Shown here piece after piece: positions 1-9,338 of a stretch of DNA of 64,000 nucleotides. Within the stretch, counting starts at the first letter, position 1. The number at the start of each line of letters is the position of its first letter. The position numbers and the translations under genes are program-made. This stretch comes from an uncultured Armatimonadetes bacterium (lineage in GTDB: Bacteria > Armatimonadota > UBA5829 > DTJY01), in assembly GCA_963717145.1 (NCBI GenBank), contig OY970325.1, positions 1,152,001-1,216,000 of the forward strand, written 5' to 3'. The notes under the pieces were generated by a model. That model saw only the letters and a list, made by a program, of their open reading frames with translations. It searched no databases and had not been told where the DNA came from.

Positions 1-1708
1 GACTTCACGACTCCACGCCGGACGAGTCGGCGACAAGCCGACGTACCTCCTTCGAGCGCCCGGCCGACTGAATGCCTTCCTCGAATACCTCGACATGTGC
101 GCCGGCGACCATATGTCCGCGACCATCGACGGCGACATCCCCGTGGCGATCTCACCGAGGGACGATGACGTGCTGACCATCGCAAACATCAACCCGCTCT
201 TCCCCGCGGAGGAGATCTCACTCGACGAGGAGTTCAAACGGTTCTCCAGCGAGGTACTTGCCAAACATGCGCGTGGCATGCAGAACACATGGGACAACCG
301 CACCCTGGTACTCCCTCATTTTGGCCGCCCGAAGGGTCAGTGGTCGAACTACATCCTCAGTTCCTATCTCCGAGCGATGTGGGAACTTCCGAACACTAAG
401 TTCCGTGGGGCGGATATGACATTCGGGCGCGCGACTGCTCCGTTCCGAGCCGGAACGAGTTCGTCGTCCGCAATCGTCGTCCTCTCTTTTCTCTCCATGT
501 ACATCTGCAACCAGGACTGCCTGCCGAAGTGGGACCTGCCGGAGATGTGCAGGCTGCTGGGAGAGGCCGAGTGGTACGTCGGCACTCACGGAGGGGCGAA
601 CGATCAGACGACGATCCTTCGAAACGGCCCGAACACCGTGCTCTACAACCGCCACTCTCGGACACCGCTCGATTCGACTCCGCTGCCGTTCCTGAAGGGC
701 ATCCATGTGGTGCTGGCAAACTCCCTGTGGGAGGTCAACAAGTCGCTCACCGGCAATCAGAGCTTCAACATGCGCAAGGGCTGGATCGAGATCGGCGATC
801 AGTTGATGCGGCTCATCATCGGCGCTGTGAGGGAAGCTGAGAGGAAGGGCAAGACATCCGGCGAGGGCTGGCTCGCGAATCTGCTCAAGAAGAAGTTCGG
901 GTTCACGCCTGGTGGTCCGACGCCTCTCCTCGAATCGCATCCCGAGATGTGGGATAAGATCGAGGCGAAGTACCACATGTTCGGCAGCCTCGACGAGAGC
1001 ATCCTCGATATACCGAGCGCCGCGATCGAGGAACTGATCCTCCTGCTTCCAATGAAGATCACGCCTCAGGAGGCGGGACGTATTCTCCACAAGAGCACCG
1101 AGACGATCACCCGCCTCTACACCAAGCCTCGACGGAGCATCGGCGGCTACCACGCTCGCACCACCGCGAGGTTCTTCTTCAAGGAGAACGCGATCGGGAG
1201 GACCCTGGAGCGGATCTTCCTCGAGGCGGACCGTCGGCTCGCGTCCGGCACGCTGTCCGAGGATTCCCCTGAGTACGACCAGTATCGGCTCACCGTGGGC
1301 GACCTGGTGGAGCAGCTTCAGCACATCCTCTGCTACGACTTCAGGGTCTCGAACTCGCAGCTCGACCGCCTGCTCAATATCGCACGTCGCGGACCGGGTC
1401 ACCTCGGCGGAAAGCTCACCGGCGCGGGCAAAGGCGGATGCGTCTCGATCCTGGTTCGAGAGAACGAATCGGAGGCGATGTGCGAGTACCTCGACCGGGA
1501 GTATTACGGCAAGCTGGAGAACTTCGAGGACTACCGCCAGATACTCGAGGACGCCCTGCGATACTACGAGCCGGACTCATTCGAGCGGATGTCCGCCGCC
1601 GAGCAGCTCGACAACCTGGACACGGCGCTTGCGTCCGTCGAGGATCAGCGCCGCGTAACGACATTCAGCCGAGGCGCCTGCGCCCTCGACCTGCCGGTCG
1701 TAGGATAG
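1..1708 (+). CDS. GHMP kinase, galactokinase-like (5' end outside window)
   Basis: Frame is open from position 2 and reads RAPGRLNAFLEYLD (GalK motif I-like). Also PFRAGTSSSSA (ATP-binding motif II) and GGKLTGAGKGGC (motif III). Confidence 0.85.
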   Translation, partial: TSRLHAGRVGDKPTYLLRAPGRLNAFLEYLDMCAGDHMSATIDGDIPVAISPRDDDVLTIANINPLFPAEEISLDEEFKRFSSEVLAKHARGMQNTWDNRTLVLPHFGRPKGQWSNYILSSYLRAMWELPNTKFRGADMTFGRATAPFRAGTSSSSAIVVLSFLSMYICNQDCLPKWDLPEMCRLLGEAEWYVGTHGGANDQTTILRNGPNTVLYNRHSRTPLDSTPLPFLKGIHVVLANSLWEVNKSLTGNQSFNMRKGWIEIGDQLMRLIIGAVREAERKGKTSGEGWLANLLKKKFGFTPGGPTPLLESHPEMWDKIEAKYHMFGSLDESILDIPSAAIEELILLLPMKITPQEAGRILHKSTETITRLYTKPRRSIGGYHARTTARFFFKENAIGRTLERIFLEADRRLASGTLSEDSPEYDQYRLTVGDLVEQLQHILCYDFRVSNSQLDRLLNIARRGPGHLGGKLTGAGKGGCVSILVRENESEAMCEYLDREYYGKLENFEDYRQILEDALRYYEPDSFERMSAAEQLDNLDTALASVEDQRRVTTFSRGACALDLPVVG

Positions 1709-1725
1709 ACATCCATGCGCGCCAG

Positions 1726-1755
1726 TTGACAGGTTCGTTCAGCCCTGCCTACAAT
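1726..1755 (+). promoter_or_regulatory. sigma70-type promoter of the TA module
   Basis: TTGACA-N18-TACAAT upstream of the ORF at 1820. Confidence 0.55.
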
Positions 1756-1819
1756 ATGGCCATACATGGAATCGTGTGGCCTTCTCACTAACTCCTGATG
1801 AGTTTTCTTCCAATAATGA

Positions 1820-2183
1820 ATGGGTAAAGCAAGAAGTGATAGTCAGTCAAGCATCGGGTGGCCTCAGTCCTTCAGGGACTATGATGGCAGACAGGTACTA
1901 CTCACGGAGGAGAGATGGAGCCACGTGGTTGCCGGCCATCCGGAGATGCTCGATCGGATCGAGTGGATCGGCACTGCACTTGCCACTCCGAACACCGTCC
2001 ATCAGTCCATAGAAAATGCGGTGACTGTCTCATACTCTCACCTGCTGCCCAAGATCAATCTCTACGTCACAGTGATCACCGATTGGTCTAGCGAACCGAG
2101 CCATGATCCGAACCGCATTCCTGACAAAGAAGCTTAAGAAAGGCAAGTTGATCTATGTCCGAAAACCTGATCCTATCGTATGA
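1820..2183 (+). CDS. Putative toxin (DUF4258/PBECR-type RNase fold) with one frameshift near 2099
   Basis: LTEERWSHV..HPEM...L..P motif. The expected C-terminus MIRTAFLTKKLKKGKLIY continues in the +1 frame to TGA at 2181-2183. The unshifted ORF ends at 2137. Adjacent to a DUF2283 gene. Confidence 0.6.
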
Positions 2184-2409
2184 TCGAGAGGCTGATGTGC
2201 TTGAGGTGCGAACCGAGCCTCCGTGCCCCTCCTATGGCGAGGAGATTGACGACGGGCTGTTCGTCATTCGGAGCATGGAGGACGATCACATCATCGGTTT
2301 GACCGTCGTTGATTTCTCCCGGAAGCAAGCGGACCAGGGCCTCAAGCTGCCCATCCCGTGCGAGATAAGCCAGAAGATCGTTAACAAGATAACACGGAGT
2401 GCAGCTTAG
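2155..2409 (+). CDS. DUF2283-family putative antitoxin
   Basis: YDREADVLEV...EIDDGLFV...IIGLTV pattern; 84 aa; overlaps the upstream toxin-like gene. Confidence 0.75.
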   Translation: MSENLILSYDREADVLEVRTEPPCPSYGEEIDDGLFVIRSMEDDHIIGLTVVDFSRKQADQGLKLPIPCEISQKIVNKITRSAA

Positions 2410-5400
2410 TCCGTCCCCAGTAGTACTATGCTTCCATCGCCACGGACTACGGCCATCCGAGCAGGACTTCCCCGGAGGGCGTCGAGTTTTCTGACGGCAC
2501 CTCCAGCGGACCAAGCTGCCAGCGGTTTCCCATCTCGCCCCAACACGATCACGTGCCCATCTTCCGTTCCTGCGCAGATCTCCTCCGAGCCGTCTCCGTC
2601 GATATCGGCAAGCGCCAGGCACGATACCGGTTCGCCCACATCCCGACGCCAGATGCGCGTGCCATCGCCTTTGACCGCGCTGATGCTGAAGCTCAGGGAA
2701 CCCGCGACGACATCGGACACGCCGTCTGAGTCCACATCCAGAAGGGCCATGCCGGTGATCTCGTCGGCAGTGTTGTAGAGCCACTGTCGCTTGCCTGCCC
2801 CATCGACCGCGTGCAGGTAGCCGTCAGCCCCGCTGAACAGCACGAGCGGCTTCCCGCTGCCTGTGACGTCGCCGGCCAGGACGCAGTTCGTGCGCGCGCC
2901 GATCGGCCTGTAGTCCCATAGTTGCGTGCCGTCCGGCTTCACCGCCCGCCAGGAGTAGTAGTCCGAACCTGCGATCACTTCCTCCCGACCGTCGCCGTCC
3001 AAATCGACAGCCGTTCCCGCCGTGGAAGCGTGCAGTATCTCGAACGCCCACACCTCGTCGCCTTTCGAATCGAATGCGTAGGTATGCCAGTTCTCCGCGC
3101 CAACGATCAGCGCGCGGTGCGTGTCACCTGAGAGATCGGCGGTCGTGAAGTAGGCTACGCAGGCATCCCGCTTGAAGTATGGCAGGTCCTTCCTCCAGAC
3201 GATGCCGCCCTTGTCATCGAGCAGGTAGACCGTCGACTTCACGGTACCAACCGCCACTCTGATCGGGCCGTCCTTGTCGAGCTTGCCCGCCCAGATCGCT
3301 CGGACGGAACTCCCAGCATCGAACGACCAGATCATCTGCCCGTCTGCATCCAAAGCGTACACCTTGCCGTCCGTTGTGCCGGTGTAGATCGTGCCTGCAT
3401 ACGATGCGAGTGCGGTGCATTGGCCGCTATTGGGCGTGAACCGTGCTGCCTCATGAAGCTGCTCGGCAGCATGGCCTGTCGAAACTGCGGACGGCGGAGG
3501 AGGCATCGGCCTCGGGAACCTTACCTGGAAGCCGCCTGAAATCGGAATCTCGGTATCCACCGGGTGGTCGGACGCCAACAGTGTCCGACCGCCGATCGTG
3601 AGCCGCGTCGCGCCGCCGAGCGCGATCTTGTCGCGGGTGAGCCGGTACATCCGCGCGTCCGTCCTGATCCCGGGTACGATCTCCGTCTCGCCTGATCCGA
3701 TGCCTACGAGCGCCTGATCGGGGCCCGTGCCGAGGAGGATCGAGTTGTCGTTCACCCGCTGCGCCTCGATCGGCGAGTCTCCCTTAGCCTCGGTGGAGAG
3801 GACGTTCACGATGCAGACCCGGCCACCCTTGGGAAGCTTCTGGGTTCGAATATGTTGAAGCGTGCGGACAATCGGTTCGGCGTGCTTGTACGTCTTCCAG
3901 TTCTGGCCGGTGATCGGATCGTCGATGTATCTGACGCGCGCGCCATCGAGATTGCGTATGGAGAGCGACGGACCATCCTGAGTCACGCGGAACAGGCTGC
4001 CGTCGAGCATCGGATCGCCCAGCGTCTGCCAGTAGCATCTGAAGCTGTAGTGATCGGTCGATGCGGCCCGCATCTCGTCGATGAAGACGAAGGTATGACC
4101 CCTGTCCCAGAGTATGTTGCGTGACCAGTCCGCGCCGCCGTAGTCGTAAGTCGTCGTCCGAGTCATGCCGACAGACGGCAGGTCGGCGACGATCTCGCGC
4201 TCGGAGAATATCGGCAGACCAGTGCTCTGACCGTCCTTGAAGATGAGCATGCTGTTGTGGAACTTCGGCAGCGACTTGATGTAGTCGCTGTCCGCGAGCC
4301 AGATCCGATTCCGATCCGTGTGCCGCAGGACCGAGTTGCCGTCCCAGTGGCCGTGGTAACAGCCGCTGAGGCCGTCTAGCAGCAAGTACGCGTCGTCCGG
4401 GAGGAAGGACCGCCGGAACGTGACCTTCTCGAAGGTCCGGTCCTGAGGAATCGTGCTGGTCCCCTTGAAATGCTCGAAAAAGAGCGGGTCGGTCGGCATG
4501 CACTTCACGCCCAGGAGATCGACCGGCTCCTGCGGCCTGGTATTGTTCGGATAGTTCCAGGGTACATCGCCATACAGCGCCTTCGTGGACTTATCGAGCG
4601 CCCAGACCCATCGGCCGTCGCGCTCCACCTGCGCCAGATGCTGGAGCGGGGCTATATGCGAGGCGGGGTTGAAGCCGCCGACATCGCCGAAGCTCGCCTG
4701 GTAACCGAGGTTGTCCGTGCACATGATCGCGAGGTCGCCGGCCATGCGCCCCTTGCCCGAATCGAACCAGGAGAAGTCCTGGCGGGTAGTTGCATACCGG
4801 CACATGTGGCGCAGGATGATGTACTGGTAAGCGCCGCAGTCCTCCTGAGGCTGATACGATTTCATCTGATGCCCGAAGCACCAGTCGGCCATCTGCATCC
4901 ATTTCGCCGACTCAGGGGTGTCGTAGTACTTGCCGAAGTACTTGCCCGCCCCGAGCCATCCCTGCCCCTCAAAGGTCCAGTGGTTCGTCCGGAGCAACGG
5001 CTTCTCGATGCCCCGGACATAGCCGTGCGCTTCCCAGTAATGAATGTAGTCGGTGATGATTGAGACGATATGGGCGCGATCCTCGTCGGAGAGCGACGGG
5101 CTCTCTTCGACGTTGTCCCATGCCGTCATGAGCGGGCCGAACAGGAAATCGGCGGCCGCGCCCCACGGCCCTCCGAAGCTCCCCTGCCCCTCCTTGCTCA
5201 GTCTCTCCGCAAGGAACATCAACTCACGGAAGAGTTTGGCGTAACCCTCCCGTCCCGTGGAATTGTAGTTGTTTCCAGCTCCGACTATCGCGTTGAAGAG
5301 CCCGCCCTGCAGGCCGGAGAGGAATGCCGCCTCAACGTCCTTCATCTGCTTCGCGATGTCCTCATCCGATGGATCGATCGCCAGTAAGGGCGTCTTCCGG

Positions 5401-5969
5401 AGCATCTCCTTCGAATACCGCACGTCGATGGTGCGCGGTATGCTGAGGGTCGCCCCCTTCGGAAGACTCGCGCAGAATCGTTCGACCGCGAGTCGAACGC
5501 CATTGAAGTCACTCCCCGCCAGCAGGATGACGTTGACGCCGTTCCCCCACGGATCGTGGACAGTCCTGACCATGCAGCCACCCTTGCCTGGATTGAGCGT
5601 ATCGACCGCGCAGTAGCCCATCAGGCAGAGGTACGTGACCAGCCCGCTGGAATCCTGGTTGCCGAGCACGATGAGGTTCGTCTTCGGCTCGACCCGCTTC
5701 AACTCCCCGCGCATGGAGGCATAGTCGGAGCCATCTCGAACAGGAAGAGACACCCCGGCCGCATTCCGAACGGCCGTGTTGATCCTCTCCGCCAGTTGGC
5801 GGTATTCCCTGGCCGGTGGAGAGACGATGACGGCGTTCGGGCGGCCATCCGACACAAGGACCGTGTCGAGGATGAACGGCTTGCGTTCCAGTGGGCCGGA
5901 ATCAGCCGCTGAGAAGCCGACGCAGAGCACGGAAAGCATGATAACAACGAGAATGGCGAATCGGTTCAT
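2406..5969 (-). CDS. Secreted heparinase II/III-like polysaccharide lyase with C-terminal FG-GAP/PQQ-like beta-propeller (~1187 aa)
   Basis: Signal peptide MNRFAILVVIMLSVLCVGFSAA; NHW, HGHWDGNS and FHNSMLI motifs; C-terminal DLDGDG repeats and W-spaced propeller repeats. True start placed at ATG 5969. Confidence 0.6.
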   Translation of the reverse strand: MNRFAILVVIMLSVLCVGFSAADSGPLERKPFILDTVLVSDGRPNAVIVSPPAREYRQLAERINTAVRNAAGVSLPVRDGSDYASMRGELKRVEPKTNLIVLGNQDSSGLVTYLCLMGYCAVDTLNPGKGGCMVRTVHDPWGNGVNVILLAGSDFNGVRLAVERFCASLPKGATLSIPRTIDVRYSKEMLRKTPLLAIDPSDEDIAKQMKDVEAAFLSGLQGGLFNAIVGAGNNYNSTGREGYAKLFRELMFLAERLSKEGQGSFGGPWGAAADFLFGPLMTAWDNVEESPSLSDEDRAHIVSIITDYIHYWEAHGYVRGIEKPLLRTNHWTFEGQGWLGAGKYFGKYYDTPESAKWMQMADWCFGHQMKSYQPQEDCGAYQYIILRHMCRYATTRQDFSWFDSGKGRMAGDLAIMCTDNLGYQASFGDVGGFNPASHIAPLQHLAQVERDGRWVWALDKSTKALYGDVPWNYPNNTRPQEPVDLLGVKCMPTDPLFFEHFKGTSTIPQDRTFEKVTFRRSFLPDDAYLLLDGLSGCYHGHWDGNSVLRHTDRNRIWLADSDYIKSLPKFHNSMLIFKDGQSTGLPIFSEREIVADLPSVGMTRTTTYDYGGADWSRNILWDRGHTFVFIDEMRAASTDHYSFRCYWQTLGDPMLDGSLFRVTQDGPSLSIRNLDGARVRYIDDPITGQNWKTYKHAEPIVRTLQHIRTQKLPKGGRVCIVNVLSTEAKGDSPIEAQRVNDNSILLGTGPDQALVGIGSGETEIVPGIRTDARMYRLTRDKIALGGATRLTIGGRTLLASDHPVDTEIPISGGFQVRFPRPMPPPPSAVSTGHAAEQLHEAARFTPNSGQCTALASYAGTIYTGTTDGKVYALDADGQMIWSFDAGSSVRAIWAGKLDKDGPIRVAVGTVKSTVYLLDDKGGIVWRKDLPYFKRDACVAYFTTADLSGDTHRALIVGAENWHTYAFDSKGDEVWAFEILHASTAGTAVDLDGDGREEVIAGSDYYSWRAVKPDGTQLWDYRPIGARTNCVLAGDVTGSGKPLVLFSGADGYLHAVDGAGKRQWLYNTADEITGMALLDVDSDGVSDVVAGSLSFSISAVKGDGTRIWRRDVGEPVSCLALADIDGDGSEEICAGTEDGHVIVLGRDGKPLAAWSAGGAVRKLDALRGSPARMAVVRGDGSIVLLGTD

Positions 5970-5975
5970 GCAAGC

Positions 5976-6005
5976 AGTATAACCCCCGAGCAGGGTGATA
6001 GGCAA
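5976..6005 (-). promoter_or_regulatory. sigma70-type promoter, probably giving a leaderless transcript
   Basis: TTGCCT-N18-TATACT, then 6 nt to the ATG at 5969; no SD. Confidence 0.5.
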
Positions 6006-6057
6006 CCCGCGATGGAGGATTTCGGGGGCGCTGTGTCGGACGTTAACCGTACCGACT

Positions 6058-6968
6058 ATGGAGAAGCTCCACCTATCCAACCTGAAGGCGCTCGAGGCCG
6101 AGAGCATCCACATAATGCGCGAAGTCGTCGCCGAGTTCGAGCGACCGGTCATGCTGTACTCGGTCGGCAAGGACTCGTCGGTGATGGTCCGCCTCGCACA
6201 GAAGGCATTCGCGCCCGGGAAGATCCCCTTCCCGCTTCTGCACGTCGATACCGGCATGAAGTTCCCCGAGATGTACGAGTTCCGCGACGCGCTTCTGCGC
6301 TGATATCGGGGCCGACCTGCGCGTGTACAGGTACGAGGAAGGCAATCGCGCAGGGGGCAGACCCGTGGGACTGGGGCACGGTCAAATGCTGCGCGTCCCT
6401 CAAGACTCAGGCACTGCTCGAACGCGCTCGAGCAGGGCGGATACGACGCCGCATTCGGAGGCGCGCGCCGTGACGAGGAGAAGTCGCGCGCCAAGGAGCG
6501 CGTCTACTCCTTCCGCGACGACGCACGGCCAGTGGGACCCGAAGAACCAGCGCCCCGAGCTATGGAACCTCTACAACGCGCGCATCCGGAAGGGCGAGAG
6601 CATCCGCGTCTTCCCGATCTCCAACTGGACGGAACTCGACGTGTGGCTCTACATCCACCTGGAGCAGATCCCCGTCGTTCCGATGTACTTCGCCAAGGAG
6701 CAGCCGATCGTCATGCGCGACGGCCGGCTGATCCCGGTCTACGAGCGCACGCGCCTACTGCCCGGCGAGACGCCCGAGATGACGATGTGCCGCTTCAGGA
6801 CTCTGGGTTGCTATCCGTGCACCGGCGCGGTCCATTCGAGCGCGCAGACCGTGCCCGAGATCGTGCGAGGAGATGATGGTCGTCCGCAACTCCGAGCGGA
6901 TCACGCGGCTGATCGATCACGACCAGGACAGCTCGATGGAGCAGAAGAAGCGGGAGGGGTACTTCTGA
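6058..6968 (+). CDS. cysD: Sulfate adenylyltransferase subunit 2, broken by about 5 single-base insertions (probable sequencing errors)
   Basis: [62 protein letters not shown] and [10 protein letters not shown] are distributed over successive frames. Confidence 0.9.
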
Positions 6969-6970
6969 TA

Positions 6971-7033
6971 GAATCTCGTACTCGTACTCGTACTCGTGAA
7001 TCGCTTCTTCGAGTACGAGTACGAGTACGATTC
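6971..7033. repeat. Intergenic hairpin built of tandem hexamers (CTCGTA)n/(TACGAG)n
   Basis: gaatctcgtactcgtactcgtactcg ... cgagtacgagtacgagtacgattc. Confidence 0.85.
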
Positions 7034-7058
7034 AGGAGTTAGCCGACAGGAAGCGTTT

Positions 7059-9086
7059 ATGCCAACGATTGCAGAGTTACTCAAACAGGTTCGCGAGGCC
7101 GACCTCCTGCGCTTTACGACCGCCGGCAGCGTGGATGACGGGAAGTCGACGCTGATCGGCCGCCTGCTCCACGACGCCAAGTCGATCTACGAGGACCATC
7201 TCGCCTCGCTCCACAGGGATTCGATCAAGGCCGGGCGGGCGGAGATCGACTTCGCGCTCCTGACCGACGGCCTCAAGGCCGAGCGCGACCAGGGGATCAC
7301 GATCGACGTGGCTTACCGCCACTTCTCGACACCCAAGCGCCGCTTTATCATCGCCGACACGCCCGGGCACGAGCAGTACACGCGCAATATGGTCACAGGC
7401 GCATCCACCGCGAACCTCGCCGTCATCCTGATCGACGCGAAGAACGGCGTGCTCACGCAGTCGAGACGCCATGGATTCATCGCTTCGCTCCTCGGCATCC
7501 CGCACCTCGTCGTGGCCGTAAACAAGATGGACCTCGTCGGCTACTCGCAGGACGTGTACGAGAGTATCGTCGAGGAATACACCGAGTTCTCGAGCAAGCT
7601 TCAGCCCAAGGATCTGTCGTTCATCCCGATGAGCGCCCTTCGCGGGGACAACGTGGTCGAGCGGAGCGCGAGGATGCCGTGGTACGAGGGCGCGCCGCTC
7701 CTTTCGCACCTGGAGACGGTCCACATCGCGAGCGACCAGAACCTGATCGACTTCCGCTTCCCGGTGCAACTCGTCCTGCGCCCGCATGGCGCGTTCAGGG
7801 GATACTGCGGGACTGTCGCGTCGGGAGTCGTGCGAGTCGGCGACGACGTGATCGTGATGTCGTCCGGCAAGTGCACGAGGGTCTCGCGCATCCTCGTCAA
7901 CGGCGAGGATGTCGATCACGCATTCCCTCCCCAGGCGGCGACGATCTGTCTGGCGGACGAGATCGACATCAGCCGTGGGGACATGCTCGCGCACCCGGCG
8001 AACCTGCCCTGGGTGGCGCACGAACTCGAGGCGATGCTGATCTGGATGCACGACGAGCCGCTGAGCACGAGCAAGCAGTACCACATCAAGCACACGACGA
8101 GCACGGTGCGCGGCCGCTTCTCCGAGCTGAAGTACCGCATCGACCCCGACACGCTCCACCGGCAGCTTGTCGGTAAACCCACTGACGCTGTAGGGGCGTG
8201 CCTTGTGCCGCCCGTTGCGGCGTATGGGGCGGCACAGGCCGAGGGCCGGGCGGCACAAGGCACGCCCCTACAGCGCGCGGGGGATTCGGGACGCGGACAC
8301 ACCCTCGGGCTGAACGAGATCGGGCGGATCACGATGCAGCTCTTCAAGCCGATCTTCTGCGACGAGTACCAGCGCAACCGGCAGACCGGCAGCTTCATCG
8401 TCATCGATCCGCAGACGAACTTCACGGTCGGCGCAGGGATGGTGATCGACCGCTCGCATCGCTACGAGTCGATTCGCTCCGGGGCGGAGAGGCATATCAC
8501 CCGCCACATCGGGCTCGTCGCTTCCGAGGAGAGAGCGCGCGTCCTCGGGCAGCAGCCGGTGACCATCTGGCTGACCGGCCTCAGCGGATCGGGGAAATCG
8601 ACCCTGGCCTACGCGCTCGAGAAGCGGCTCATGGAGGAGGGCCACGCGTGCTTCGTGCTCGACGGGGACAACGTTCGGCACGGCCTCAACCGCGACCTCG
8701 GGTTCTCACCGGAGGACCGGGCGGAGAACATCCGACGCGTGGCCGAGGCGTCGAAGCTGTTCAATGAAGCCGGGCTGATCGTGATCACGTCGTTCATCTC
8801 GCCGTACCGAAACGATCGGCAGGCCGCGAAGGAGATCATCGGCGAGGAGCGCTTCGTGGAGGTGTTCGTCGATGCGTCGCTCGAGGTCTGCGAGCAGCGC
8901 GACCCAAAGGGCCTCTACAAGAAGGCGCGCGCCGGCGAGATCGCGGATTTCACGGGCATCTCTTCGCCTTACGAGCCGCCCGAAGCGCCGGAACTGCGCC
9001 TCGATGCGGGTGCTGCCGCTGTGGATGATCTGGTGAAGCGAATCGTTGAGCTGCTCCGGGCCGGCGGGATCGTGAGCGGCGGTTAG
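7059..9086 (+). CDS. cysNC: Bifunctional sulfate adenylyltransferase subunit 1 / APS kinase, with an in-frame ~40-aa palindrome-derived insert
   Basis: GSVDDGKST, RDQGITID, DTPGH and NKMD GTPase motifs; GLSGSGKST, LDGDNVR and RDPKGLY APS-kinase motifs. Confidence 0.95.
   Translation: MPTIAELLKQVREADLLRFTTAGSVDDGKSTLIGRLLHDAKSIYEDHLASLHRDSIKAGRAEIDFALLTDGLKAERDQGITIDVAYRHFSTPKRRFIIADTPGHEQYTRNMVTGASTANLAVILIDAKNGVLTQSRRHGFIASLLGIPHLVVAVNKMDLVGYSQDVYESIVEEYTEFSSKLQPKDLSFIPMSALRGDNVVERSARMPWYEGAPLLSHLETVHIASDQNLIDFRFPVQLVLRPHGAFRGYCGTVASGVVRVGDDVIVMSSGKCTRVSRILVNGEDVDHAFPPQAATICLADEIDISRGDMLAHPANLPWVAHELEAMLIWMHDEPLSTSKQYHIKHTTSTVRGRFSELKYRIDPDTLHRQLVGKPTDAVGACLVPPVAAYGAAQAEGRAAQGTPLQRAGDSGRGHTLGLNEIGRITMQLFKPIFCDEYQRNRQTGSFIVIDPQTNFTVGAGMVIDRSHRYESIRSGAERHITRHIGLVASEERARVLGQQPVTIWLTGLSGSGKSTLAYALEKRLMEEGHACFVLDGDNVRHGLNRDLGFSPEDRAENIRRVAEASKLFNEAGLIVITSFISPYRNDRQAAKEIIGEERFVEVFVDASLEVCEQRDPKGLYKKARAGEIADFTGISSPYEPPEAPELRLDAGAAAVDDLVKRIVELLRAGGIVSGG
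8186..8275. repeat. GTAG-type REP pair inside cysNC
   Basis: Perfect 29-bp inverted repeat cgctgtaggggcgtgccttgtgccgcccg; a half-copy of the same family lies at 33849-33870. Confidence 0.9.
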
Positions 9087-9106
9087 TAGTTCTTACGGTC
9101 GGAATC

Positions 9107-9280
9107 AGTACACTGGTTCCCGGTTCCATTGTACTGGTTCCGGTTCAAAGTACACTGGATCCGGTTCAAAGTACACTGGATCCGGTTGAAAGTACTCTCT
9201 ATCCGGTTGAAAGTGCACTGGATCCGGTTCAAAGTGCACTGGATCCGGTTCAAAGTGCACTGGATCCGGTTCAAAGTGCA
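9107..9280. repeat. Tandem array, 8 x 21 bp (AGTGCACTGGATCCGGTTCAA)
   Basis: Direct tandem units without spacers, intergenic. Confidence 0.95.
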
Positions 9281-9338
9281 AGGAACGTGAATGCAGAATG
9301 CTGTTGCGGGGCAAGTCCGCTCTCGAAAAGGAAGGATA

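Noticed and set aside
5970-6494. N-terminal extension of the 1362-aa ORF
   Set aside because: It is antisense to cysD. The signal peptide and promoter place the start at 5969.
6058-6968. Programmed frameshifting in cysD or nrdJ
   Set aside because: There are too many shifts per gene and no slippery heptamers; sequencing error is more parsimonious.
9107-9280. CRISPR array (also 37073-37244)
   Set aside because: Units are directly adjacent with no unique spacers, and there are no cas genes.
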